Below, in pieces: positions 7,766-16,482 of a DNA stretch of 64,000 bases (within the stretch, counting starts at the first letter, position 1; each line of letters opens with the position of its first letter). The notes beneath the pieces were generated by a model. The model saw nothing but the letters and a program-made list of their open reading frames with translations. It was not told the DNA's origin and did no database searches. Source of the stretch: Armatimonadota bacterium (lineage in GTDB: Bacteria; Armatimonadota; UBA5829; JAUSEB01); assembly GCA_030649165.1 (NCBI GenBank), contig JAUSGG010000015.1, positions 29,238 through 93,237 of the forward strand, in the 5' to 3' direction. A program made the position numbers and the translations under genes.

Positions 7766-10221
7766 GCGACTCCCGCAAGACGCGTGGAGTCTGGATCGAG
7801 TCTCGTGATGATATCCTCCTGTATCGCGGGCGAGAGATCGAGAAAGTTCACGAAAGTGCCGTGGATGCGCATTATGTATATCCCGCTTGGGACCATTTCC
7901 TTCGGGTTTTCGAGAATCTTCCGCAGGCGTTTGGCAGTGTCCACGTTGAGATAAACGTAGTATCCTCCCCGTCGGTCGTCGCCGGTGTAACCGAACAGCG
8001 GGTTGATAACGTAATCCCGCAATCCGCGCCCAAATCTGTCCTCGCCGAACGCTTTTACCAGCGCGGCGTCGAGCCCGATGTGGCTTGCATACCCTCCGAG
8101 AAAATCCTCGTACGGTAGATTGCGCATACTCATTATCCTCACCGGCAAACCTTTCGTTGCCATCCCAGCGGTGGGATCGACGCCGTAGCCAAGCATCTTG
8201 CGAGCGCTCCGGCCGTCGGGAGTCGCTCCGGCCCAATAGCCGTACAGCAGATGGGTGCTCGGCGTGCTCCAGTCCGGCAGGAAAGGATTTCCGAACGAGT
8301 TCCGAAGCGCGTAGACTCGCGCCGAGACCTGTCGGGCAATTTCTCCCGCGTACGCATCGACGAACGCTTCGTCGTTTCCGTACTTAGGCGACTCCAGCAG
8401 CAAATCGCGCAATCCCTCGTGGCCCTCGAAATCCGCCAGCAGCGCTTTCGGCAGATCGGCTAAGGATTCGGGAGCGGTCGCGGAAGCATAGTCTATTGCC
8501 GCAAAGCTGTCCGCGACGATACTCAGCCCGTGGATGAGACATCCGGAAGCGTTGTATTTCGTCCCCTTTGCCGTGATGTCGCGCATGTCGCGGCCTGTAG
8601 TCAATCCCCCCATGAAGCAGGAGAGAAACGGAACGGGCAGGAGCGCAAGCGCTTCGGTACAGCCGTTGGCGGCCTTTGCCATACGCGGCACGAAGTAATC
8701 CAACTGCTTCCAAAAGGCCGATCTGAAGCGCTCCGGGTTACCAATGGGATTCCGCGGGTCAAGGCCCGTTTCCTCGTATGACAAACCGATCTTGCGCCCG
8801 CTGATCGCGCTCTTGCCGCCGTGAATCGTCAGTTCCAGGACCTTCGCCAGGTTCAGCCAACTGTTCGTGGTATTGCCCGACTCCTTGCCCATAATCAGCG
8901 GCTCCTGGCACCCGGCGATGCCGTAGAATGGCAGGTCTTCTTCCTCGATGCCCTTGCGCCGCAGGACTTCGAACATGCGGTCGTCGTTGAAGAAACTCGG
9001 AGTCAGGCTGCCCGGCGTCGTGAAAAACCGGCTCATAGCGTCGTAAAGGCGCTCCGGCGTGCCGGAATGCAGCTTGACGGAGAGCGACGGCTGCGGGTAG
9101 TTGCTCCGGAAGAAAGCGTCAAGGACAACGTAGGTCATCTCGCCAGTCAGATCGTGACCGTTCTCGCATCGCCCCCCCGCCATTATGTTCTGGCTGATCG
9201 CCCAATTGCGGTCCCCGACGTTGAAGAGCGCGAGAAGATGCCGCGTGAGCTGTACGGCAACTTCGTGGTCTACCGGCGCCTTATCGAAGAACGGCTGCAG
9301 AATCCTGTCCAGATTCCCCACACTGAACGCGTACGGGTTCGGAGCCTGCTCGATTGCCATCGCCATCCAAAGGAGGATGAACGACTGAATGGCTTCGTAC
9401 AGATCACGCGCCCCTTCGCGAAGGACACGTCCGCAGGTGGATGAGATACGCTGCAGCTCGCTTCGCCGCACCGGGTCCGCTTCAGTCTCGGCCATTTCCG
9501 CCGCCAGGGCCGAATACCGGTCCGCCAGATGAAGATCCCCCGACATCGCTATCACCGCGGCTTCGTAGAAGTCTCTCCTCTCTCCTTCCGCCGTGTTCGC
9601 CGCGGATTTGGCCCGTTCGATTAGATGAGTGAGCCCCTGCTCCATCGCCGGCCGGAAATCCGCCACCGTATGCCCGGTAACCTGCTCCACGAAGTATACG
9701 ACTTCCCCTGTCTCAAGTCCGGTTTCGGCGTAAACAGAGTTGAGCGCCTGAGCGTACTCCTCCTTCGCCCAAAAGTCTCGAACCCGTTGTATGCGCTCTT
9801 CCGTCAACCCCAATTCGGGCGCGGGCGTTATGTCGCCGTAAACCGCCATCGGGTCGCAATAGCCCGCGAAGGTCTCGACGCGAAACTCCGGGTTGATCAG
9901 CGCGTAGGTTCGGGCGAACGCATCGTCCTGAGTTCCCGCGAAGACTTCGTCGGGCCGGATCGAAAGTCGCATGCGTTTGCATACCGCCTCGAACAGCTTC
10001 GCCTGCGCGAGAACTCTTGGGAGCGAGACCCCTCCCCAGCCCTCCCCTGAAGAGGGAGGGAGCGCCCTTGCCCGTAAGCCCTCAAGCGCTTCCTTCCGGA
10101 TTTCCTGAATATAAAACCACCCGTCGAGGCGGACCATCTCCCGGTTCTGCTTCTGCACCGACAGAAGCTGCTCCGCCAAACGGTCCGGATCGAATCGAAT
10201 CTTCTCCTCCACAACAGCCAT
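7762..10221 (-). CDS. Glycyl radical enzyme (PFL/eliminase superfamily) with a divergent glycine-radical motif
   Basis: 819 aa. Cys loop GIAGCQEP (C-x-E, eliminase-type). C-terminal RIHGTFVNF...QEDIITR aligns to the canonical RVSGYAVRF...QQDVITR. N-terminal region resembles the GRE N-domain. Confidence 0.85.
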   Translation of the reverse strand: MAVVEEKIRFDPDRLAEQLLSVQKQNREMVRLDGWFYIQEIRKEALEGLRARALPPSSGEGWGGVSLPRVLAQAKLFEAVCKRMRLSIRPDEVFAGTQDDAFARTYALINPEFRVETFAGYCDPMAVYGDITPAPELGLTEERIQRVRDFWAKEEYAQALNSVYAETGLETGEVVYFVEQVTGHTVADFRPAMEQGLTHLIERAKSAANTAEGERRDFYEAAVIAMSGDLHLADRYSALAAEMAETEADPVRRSELQRISSTCGRVLREGARDLYEAIQSFILLWMAMAIEQAPNPYAFSVGNLDRILQPFFDKAPVDHEVAVQLTRHLLALFNVGDRNWAISQNIMAGGRCENGHDLTGEMTYVVLDAFFRSNYPQPSLSVKLHSGTPERLYDAMSRFFTTPGSLTPSFFNDDRMFEVLRRKGIEEEDLPFYGIAGCQEPLIMGKESGNTTNSWLNLAKVLELTIHGGKSAISGRKIGLSYEETGLDPRNPIGNPERFRSAFWKQLDYFVPRMAKAANGCTEALALLPVPFLSCFMGGLTTGRDMRDITAKGTKYNASGCLIHGLSIVADSFAAIDYASATAPESLADLPKALLADFEGHEGLRDLLLESPKYGNDEAFVDAYAGEIARQVSARVYALRNSFGNPFLPDWSTPSTHLLYGYWAGATPDGRSARKMLGYGVDPTAGMATKGLPVRIMSMRNLPYEDFLGGYASHIGLDAALVKAFGEDRFGRGLRDYVINPLFGYTGDDRRGGYYVYLNVDTAKRLRKILENPKEMVPSGIYIMRIHGTFVNFLDLSPAIQEDIITRLDPDSTRLAGVA

Positions 10222-10251
10222 TACCGCTCTCCTGTGATTCGCCTTAGAACC

Positions 10252-11682
10252 CTAAAACCCTTCCCCAAACAACGTCTTTCCCGCCGCCGTCCAATCCGCG
10301 TATACTCCGGTCGCGATTCCCGCCGCCAGGGCCGCGCCTACGGCGGCCTCTTCCGGGTGAGGCGGCATACGGAGCGTCATACCAACTTGTTTCTGTATCT
10401 CATTCCTCACCACGATATTTCTTCGCACCGCGTTCCCTGACCCGGAGCAGAATTTCGGAACGGCGCCCGCTCGCCGGGCGCAATCCAGAAACGCCGCCAA
10501 TTCGGCTACCATACCTTTGATAACCGCTCGCGTGAGATTTCCGACCGTGAAATTCGCGCCGCTCACATTTGCGATAGAGCCGCGCGCCCCCGGATCCAGC
10601 CGGCTGCCTTCGAACAGCGTCGACGCCGTCAGCACTCCGCACTCCTCGTCCGCATCCGCCGCCAGACGGTTCATCCGATCATAAAGCCTTTCCGTTCCAC
10701 CGGCATCGAATAAACTACTGCCAACGCCGGCGAAAAACTTCTCCAGGATTTCGTAAGCCCGTCCACCGCACAAACTCGCGCCCACGAGGAGCCATTGCCC
10801 GGCAACGAGGGGCCGGGTATCCAATCCATCCGCTCGCGCGAATCGCCCTATCGGCGCGGACATCTGGCCGCCCGTCCCCAGGCTCAACAAAACGCTTTCG
10901 CTCATAGAAGGAACGCTGCCCATGAACGACGCCTGGTTGTCACCCAGCGCCGCGGCGACCGGCGTTCCGTACGGCAAATCGATCCGTTGCGCGACATCCG
11001 GCAGCAGGCCGCCTGCCACTGATCCTGTCGGGACCACGCCGGGCAGCATTCCGTCCGGCAGACTCAGGGCGTCGAGGGCTTCAGGGAGCCAGCGCGAGCC
11101 GTGGCGGACGTCGAATATCCCCCAGCTCGCTGCGTCGGTCGGGTCGGTGACCGCGGCGCCACATAAAACGCGAACGATCAGATCGTGGATCGTTAGAGCC
11201 GTTGCGCCGGCAGGCAGGCAGCCTTCTTCCTTCATCCTGAGCAGAGTGACCGCTCCATAGCCGGTCGCCGGGCCGCAGCCGCTTGCTTTCAAAGCCTCGT
11301 CGCCAAGCCGATGGGCGAGCTCTTCCGCGTAACTCCGGCCGCTCGTGGAATACTCCGCGGTTCCGCGCCCATCCTGCCAGGTAACCAGAGGAGTAACCGG
11401 ATTAGCCGCGGAATCCACCACAACTACTCCGTGCATTTGGCCGGTGACGCCGATCCCAACGACCTCGGACTGCCGAATCTCCGGCCGGCTCGAAAGGCGG
11501 GCCAGCAGCGCCAGGGACTTGCCTGCAATCGAGCCGGCGTCCTGCTCCGCGACCCCTGGCGCGGACTCAACCCGCGAGTCGTTAGGCGCATCCTCGACGG
11601 CCATCATACGGCCACTCGACGAGTCCAAAGCCGCGGCGCATAGTTTCGTAGTGCCGATATCAAGGCCGATAAGAACACCCAT
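10252..11682 (-). CDS. FGGY-family carbohydrate kinase
   Basis: Start MGVLIGLDIGTTK matches the FGGY N-terminal motif. The product would be about 476 aa. The longer upstream ORF extension is low-complexity and likely non-coding. Confidence 0.8.
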   Translation of the reverse strand: MGVLIGLDIGTTKLCAAALDSSSGRMMAVEDAPNDSRVESAPGVAEQDAGSIAGKSLALLARLSSRPEIRQSEVVGIGVTGQMHGVVVVDSAANPVTPLVTWQDGRGTAEYSTSGRSYAEELAHRLGDEALKASGCGPATGYGAVTLLRMKEEGCLPAGATALTIHDLIVRVLCGAAVTDPTDAASWGIFDVRHGSRWLPEALDALSLPDGMLPGVVPTGSVAGGLLPDVAQRIDLPYGTPVAAALGDNQASFMGSVPSMSESVLLSLGTGGQMSAPIGRFARADGLDTRPLVAGQWLLVGASLCGGRAYEILEKFFAGVGSSLFDAGGTERLYDRMNRLAADADEECGVLTASTLFEGSRLDPGARGSIANVSGANFTVGNLTRAVIKGMVAELAAFLDCARRAGAVPKFCSGSGNAVRRNIVVRNEIQKQVGMTLRMPPHPEEAAVGAALAAGIATGVYADWTAAGKTLFGEGF

Positions 11683-12180
11683 AGGACCCCTATATATCCC
11701 CTTTCGTACTCTATCCCGCGTCTCCTTCCTTGTCAATGCCGGAGTCGGTTGGGGGTGATGGTTGTTGGTTGTCGGACCTGTCCGACGGGTCCGACTCGTC
11801 CGTCCGACAGCCTGCACCGAACGCGCTTCCCAACTCCCTGCAATCCTAGGGGCGGTCTGCCGATAATAGGTACCGTGCAGCTTGTCTGCAACGCATCCCC
11901 ATTGTTCCGAGGAGGATAATCGGAATTGGCACAATGCGACTATTGGTGGTTTGCCGGCGAGGTTGAATGGTGCGACCTCCGAGGTGATTCGTGCAAGTGC
12001 GGAGGCTGGCACGAGTCGTGCTACTTGCGTGGCAAGGGACAGGCGCTGGCTGACGAGAAGGACCTCCCCGTCCGCGCTCCATCCCGACTCAGGCAAGACA
12101 GATACGCGCGGCATCCGTCCCCGGACGGGCGGCCGTAGACGGTTGACGGTTGACGGTTGACCATTCTGCCCCATCCCCCA

Positions 12181-13767
12181 TCACCCGTCACCCATGCGGC
12201 TTTGTCGCGTCCAGATCAGCCCGGCAAATGACAAGACGACGCACAGGTACGCGAACCAGTCGCCGAGACGCGTATAGGGCGCTTGCCTCGTCAACGGTAC
12301 TATGTCGCGGTAGATGATCTTCTTCCTGAAAATCCCTGCCGAGTCGAGGACCCGGCCCCACGGATCGATCACGCTGGATATGCCCGTGGCCGCGCAGCGC
12401 GCCAGGAACCGCCGGTTCTCGACCGCCCGCAGCACGGACATAGCGTGGTGCTGCTCGGCAGCGGCCGTGCGTTTGAACCAGGCGTCGTTCGTCATTACTA
12501 CTAACACGTTCGCGCCTCGCTTCGCGAGTTGGCGCGAGATTTGCGGGAATATCGACTCGAAACAGATCATCACGCCCAGGTTGCCGAAATCCGCCCGCAG
12601 CGGCAGATAACCGGGTCCGGGAGCATAGTCGAAGTCCCTTATCTTGTACCGCGCCAGGAACGGCAGCCACTTTCTGCCAAACACCACTTCGCCGAACGGA
12701 ACGAGGTGCGCCTTGTAGTACTTTCCCACAAGGTCTCCGTGAGGAGAAAACAGAAATGCCCCGTTATACTCCCTCATCGCGTCGCCGGACGGGCCGGGAA
12801 CGATGTCCGAAGCCCCTACAAGCAAGTAGACTCTTGCCGCGCTCGCCAGATAGCCCAGCAGCCGGCGCGGTCCGCCCGGGCGGGAGAACTGGTCGGGTAT
12901 GGCGGTCTCAGGCCAGATGACCAGATCCGGGCGACGCTTCAGGGTCTCGGATGTAATAGTCACGTATTCGGCAATGGTTCGCGTCCTGTGCTCGTCCCAG
13001 GTCTGCCGAGGACGGACCTCCTGGTCCACGTTGCCCTGTATGATGGCGACTCGGACCGGCTTCCCGCTCGCCCGCCCGGCGCACAGGGCGAACGCGCCCC
13101 AGATGATCGCCGCGCATATCGCCGCGGCCACAAGGCCGGCCTGCGCGAGGGCCGTCCGGCGCGACAGTAGCAATTCAGCCAATGCGACGTTCGCCGCCGC
13201 GATCAAAAATGCAAGGCCCCACGGCCCGGTCACGCTGACGACTTGAATAACAGGAAGGTAGTTGACCTGCGACTGCGCCAGATTGCCCCAAGTGAACCCG
13301 AGGAGTCCAAGCGATCTGAGCCACTCGAACGCCGTCCAGACGGACGGAACGACAAGCAGCCTGAACCACGCCGAACGAGCGCGGAACGCCGGATACGCGA
13401 CTGCACAGAAGCCGACGAAAAACAAGGCCTGAAACAGAGCGAGCAGGACCCACGGCGCGTACCCGAAGATGGTTATCCAGTAGAGCAAGCCGCCGAAGAA
13501 AACCGCGCCCATCAAGAGCGTCGCGGCCAGACTTGTCCTGAAGGAGGATTTGCTGTACACGATGAAGATCGGCGCAAGCGCGACCCACGCAAGCGGCCAC
13601 AGGTTGAAGGGCGCAAATGCCGCTATCAACCCCCCGGCGGAAATCAAAGCCAGAAAGTAAGCAAGCGCGTTCACAACCAATACCCCAAAGGCGCTATAAT
13701 GTGTAGGGTTATAAGGGTCGCGAGGTTGTAGGTTTGTAGGTTTATGAGGTCTGTGAGGTTTAGACAC
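12181..13767 (-). CDS. lnt: Apolipoprotein N-acyltransferase
   Basis: N-terminal polytopic membrane domain plus a CN-hydrolase domain (VAIIQGN...WPETA...ICFESIFP). The N-terminus of the listed ORF overlaps the tandem octamer repeat, so the true start may be downstream. Confidence 0.75.
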   Translation of the reverse strand: MSKPHRPHKPTNLQPRDPYNPTHYSAFGVLVVNALAYFLALISAGGLIAAFAPFNLWPLAWVALAPIFIVYSKSSFRTSLAATLLMGAVFFGGLLYWITIFGYAPWVLLALFQALFFVGFCAVAYPAFRARSAWFRLLVVPSVWTAFEWLRSLGLLGFTWGNLAQSQVNYLPVIQVVSVTGPWGLAFLIAAANVALAELLLSRRTALAQAGLVAAAICAAIIWGAFALCAGRASGKPVRVAIIQGNVDQEVRPRQTWDEHRTRTIAEYVTITSETLKRRPDLVIWPETAIPDQFSRPGGPRRLLGYLASAARVYLLVGASDIVPGPSGDAMREYNGAFLFSPHGDLVGKYYKAHLVPFGEVVFGRKWLPFLARYKIRDFDYAPGPGYLPLRADFGNLGVMICFESIFPQISRQLAKRGANVLVVMTNDAWFKRTAAAEQHHAMSVLRAVENRRFLARCAATGISSVIDPWGRVLDSAGIFRKKIIYRDIVPLTRQAPYTRLGDWFAYLCVVLSFAGLIWTRQSRMGDG

Positions 13768-13821
13768 TCCTCAATACCCCGAAAACCTTAGAACCCTGAA
13801 ACCCTAGAACCCTGTAACCCT
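13711..13821. repeat. Inverted pair of tandem octamer arrays (TAGGGTTA/GTAGGTTT ... AACCCTGA/AACCCTAG) in a divergent intergenic region
   Basis: Read directly from sequence. The G-rich array on the left faces a C-rich array on the right. Confidence 0.7.
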
Positions 13822-14499
13822 ATGAGTCGTTTTCCCACAATAATGCTTGCCGTGTTCGCCGCGCTCGCGCTCACTGGATGCGCCCGCGCCCCCGCGGGCG
13901 GACCCGGCGCCGCGCGCAGACTGGTCATCGAGATGCGCGTCGCGGGCGTCATCAATCCCGACTATTTCTATTACGTCGCAATCGACAATGATGGTGACCC
14001 GAACGACGGTCCCCAAGCGGTCGTCGGCCCGCCCTGGGGCAACGGCTGGGGCGCCGGGGCGATTACCCATTACGTTCAGTTCGACACCAGCCTTCCGCAG
14101 GGCGGTTACGGCCTATTCAGGATACCCGATGCCGGTCTTTTGGGCAAGGTTTACCTCGGCCCGCCTGTCAACTTCATCACCCCCGGCCCCAGCGGCAACA
14201 CGCTCAGGTTCACGCTGGATCTGGACGATCTCGTAATCCCTCCGCAGACGGATGGAAACCAGATACAGACGCTTGAGATAAACTTCATTGCCACGGACGT
14301 GGTCCCCACCGACCCATCCTTCGTGGGCCCGCGGCAATGGGACGCGCTCGGGGACGGGAGCAGCAACGCGTTCCTGCGACTGAACGTTACCCCGGGGCAG
14401 TTCATTTCTAATGGCACGGAAGGACTGGAGCCGGACGGCGACGTCTTCCACCCCGATTTGGACATAGTGGACTGGTCGATAGAAGTGCAGCAACTATAA
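13822..14499 (+). CDS. Lipoprotein (signal peptide with lipobox LTGC), function unknown
   Basis: MSRFPTIMLAVFAALALTGC. Confidence 0.7.
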   Translation: MSRFPTIMLAVFAALALTGCARAPAGGPGAARRLVIEMRVAGVINPDYFYYVAIDNDGDPNDGPQAVVGPPWGNGWGAGAITHYVQFDTSLPQGGYGLFRIPDAGLLGKVYLGPPVNFITPGPSGNTLRFTLDLDDLVIPPQTDGNQIQTLEINFIATDVVPTDPSFVGPRQWDALGDGSSNAFLRLNVTPGQFISNGTEGLEPDGDVFHPDLDIVDWSIEVQQL

Positions 14500-14670
14500 G
14501 ATATTGAGTAAGAGTTCAGAAATGGAGAGAACTTTCACCCTCACCCCATTCGCTTCGCTCAGGGCAGGCTCTAACCCTCTCCCTCAAGGGAGAGGGGATT
14601 ACGCTCGCGTTCTCCCCGGGGGTCAGCAGCGAGAAGAGTCGTACCGACCCTTCCTGAACTGAGTACGATA

Positions 14671-14699
14671 TTGACAATCCTCCCCAATTCCCCTACAAT
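14671..14699 (+). promoter_or_regulatory. Sigma70-type promoter: TTGACA - 17 nt - TACAAT
   Basis: -35 at 14671-14676 and -10 at 14694-14699. It drives the downstream leader and the operon that starts at 14899. Confidence 0.65.
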
Positions 14700-14766
14700 T
14701 CCACTTGGCTGGTCGGCAAAAAAGCAATAGCAATCGCAGGAGAAACGCCATCCCAGCCCCTGAGGC

Positions 14767-14830
14767 GCCTGCTTATTCACGGTCTTGCCCTGTACGGCGG
14801 AGGTCGTGGATAAGCGGGCGTTTTGTTTTT
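14767..14830 (+). terminator. Leader terminator/attenuator (possible riboswitch expression platform) in the 5' UTR of the 14899 operon
   Basis: 11-bp stem CGCCTGCTTAT...ATAAGCGGGCG enclosing an inner hairpin, followed directly by TTTTGTTTTT. It lies between the promoter and the start codon. Confidence 0.6.
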
Positions 14831-14898
14831 GCAGTGAACAATTGAGCGTCCGGATGCATCATGCTATATGGACTGTCGGCAGGCGGGAGGTATCAAGT

Positions 14899-16482
14899 AT
14901 GTTCGGATTGCTGGGGAAAATCGTCAAAATAGAGAAGAAAGAGGAGAGCGGCCTCAGTCGTTTCGAGGTCAGCTTCAAGGCCGCCTGCACTCTGCCGACC
15001 AGGGCAGCCGTTCCTGAGTGGCTCAAAGACCAGGTTCTCAAGATAGACCGTGAGGTCGTCGATCCTCGTGAGCTTGGCAACCCGGGTGACAGCATTGTTC
15101 TGACGCCGTCGGAATCCGCGCGCTGGCTCTATCCGCTGACCGTTGCTCCGCAGACGGCTTACGGAGAATTGCCTGAAACTCTTCGGATCGACCTTCGCTG
15201 GTGGAAGAGCGACGACCCGCCCGAGTACGCGGTCCGCGCGAACGGCAGGCAGATCACCGGCAAGTTCACCAAGGAAGATGGAGAGTTCCTTGCTGACATT
15301 CGGACCGGGGACTTCTACACGTCGCAGCCGCGACTTCCGGTCTCTTTCCGGATAACGTGCGACAAAATGGCAGCAGCGTGCTCGGTCCTGCCGGACGACG
15401 GGCCGTTTTGGACGGAAATCCTGCCGCCGCGGGGCGAGCTTCACCGGCTTGAGAACGAGTGGTACGCCGTAGACGTCACCGCGAAAATGCACGCCGGAGG
15501 AGTCGTCGCCCTGTTCGAAAAAGGACGGCAGGTAGATCACTTCCGGTGTCCCGAAAACTTGATTCAGCCGACGTTGAAGAACGGGGGACATACAGATCGG
15601 CTCCTGCGCGGATGGGGATGGTACGACAAACTGAACGAAATCGCCATGACGTGCCACGGCGCCAGGCGTGAAGGAAACGCGACGAGCCTCCACCTCGACG
15701 GCGTTGTGGACGACGGACAGGGCATCAGGACTTCGGTGGCCTACACGGCCTTTGACGCCTTCCCGCTCATTACGCTTAAGCGAGAGTACCACGTACACAC
15801 CCTAAAGAAGGATGAGGCCAAGGACAAGGAGAAAGAAACCGCCCCCAAGGAACCAATAGACGAGGCCATGCCGCTCAAGCTTGTTTTTCGCGCGTCGTGG
15901 AGAGTCGAAGACAACGGCAAATCCGGAAGCCGGGCGCTGTGCCTTGACGGCGAGAAACTGGCCGTCATACGAACCGGCCAGACACAGGAGATCGCATTTG
16001 CCGGTGACTGGCGCATGCGCCAGGGTTGGGCTATCGTCGAACATCCGGCCCGTCGGGAATACACGATGTACTTGTTCGACGATCAGGCCCAGCCCAGCCT
16101 CTGCGTCTACCACGGCCCTTACGGCATCAGTCTGGAGCCGCATTGGCTGCCGGTTGTGCTGAAGCCCGGCGACTCGATAGGCTATACTCTCGGACTGACT
16201 GCCGGCGAACTCTGCGGCGCGAGTCCCGCGGGCGCGTGGGTAGCCTGCCGGACGCGGCTTTCCTCCGGCGGCGTGCGCTGCGGTGTCGTTGCGCGCGCAA
16301 ACGCCGGAGAAGAGAACGTTACTTTCAAAGTCGGAACAGCAGAACGCCGCATGAATCTAACGAAGCTGCTTGCGCCTGGGTTGGGCGAGGTATGCTGCGC
16401 TGTCGCCGATTTTCCTGACGCGACCATGGAGGACCATTTCGACGCCGTGGTCGCCGGCATTGAAGCCCGGAGGGGACTATGA
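14899..16482 (+). CDS. Hypothetical 527-aa cytoplasmic protein (no recognised domain)
   Basis: RBS GGGAGG is 8 nt upstream of the ATG at 14899. Its stop overlaps the next gene's ATG (ATGA). Confidence 0.65.
   Translation: MFGLLGKIVKIEKKEESGLSRFEVSFKAACTLPTRAAVPEWLKDQVLKIDREVVDPRELGNPGDSIVLTPSESARWLYPLTVAPQTAYGELPETLRIDLRWWKSDDPPEYAVRANGRQITGKFTKEDGEFLADIRTGDFYTSQPRLPVSFRITCDKMAAACSVLPDDGPFWTEILPPRGELHRLENEWYAVDVTAKMHAGGVVALFEKGRQVDHFRCPENLIQPTLKNGGHTDRLLRGWGWYDKLNEIAMTCHGARREGNATSLHLDGVVDDGQGIRTSVAYTAFDAFPLITLKREYHVHTLKKDEAKDKEKETAPKEPIDEAMPLKLVFRASWRVEDNGKSGSRALCLDGEKLAVIRTGQTQEIAFAGDWRMRQGWAIVEHPARREYTMYLFDDQAQPSLCVYHGPYGISLEPHWLPVVLKPGDSIGYTLGLTAGELCGASPAGAWVACRTRLSSGGVRCGVVARANAGEENVTFKVGTAERRMNLTKLLAPGLGEVCCAVADFPDATMEDHFDAVVAGIEARRGL

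Noticed and set aside
7762-8236. Upstream extension of the activase ORF (MGRSDSRRPERS...) and other long N-terminal extensions (kinase 11683-12174, cmk, prs, cstA, PP2C, sigma factor)
   Set aside because: The extensions are Arg/Pro-rich and low-complexity, and they overlap upstream genes. Internal ATG/GTG codons with an RBS and canonical N-terminal motifs give proteins of family-typical length.
10021-10060. CCCTCCCC...GGGAGGG palindrome inside the GRE coding region
   Set aside because: The encoded peptide aligns with the GRE N-domain and the reading frame is continuous. It is probably chance in GC-rich coding DNA rather than an inserted REP element. It is mentioned only as a weak family member.
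11860-12160. Small Cys-rich ORFs (70 and 92 aa, plus strand) and a possible RNase P/tmRNA/SRP RNA in the long intergenic region
   Set aside because: There is no RBS and no conserved motif, and the composition looks like random GC-rich ORFs. None of the hallmark RNase P (GGAAAGTCCGG), tmRNA or SRP motifs is present.
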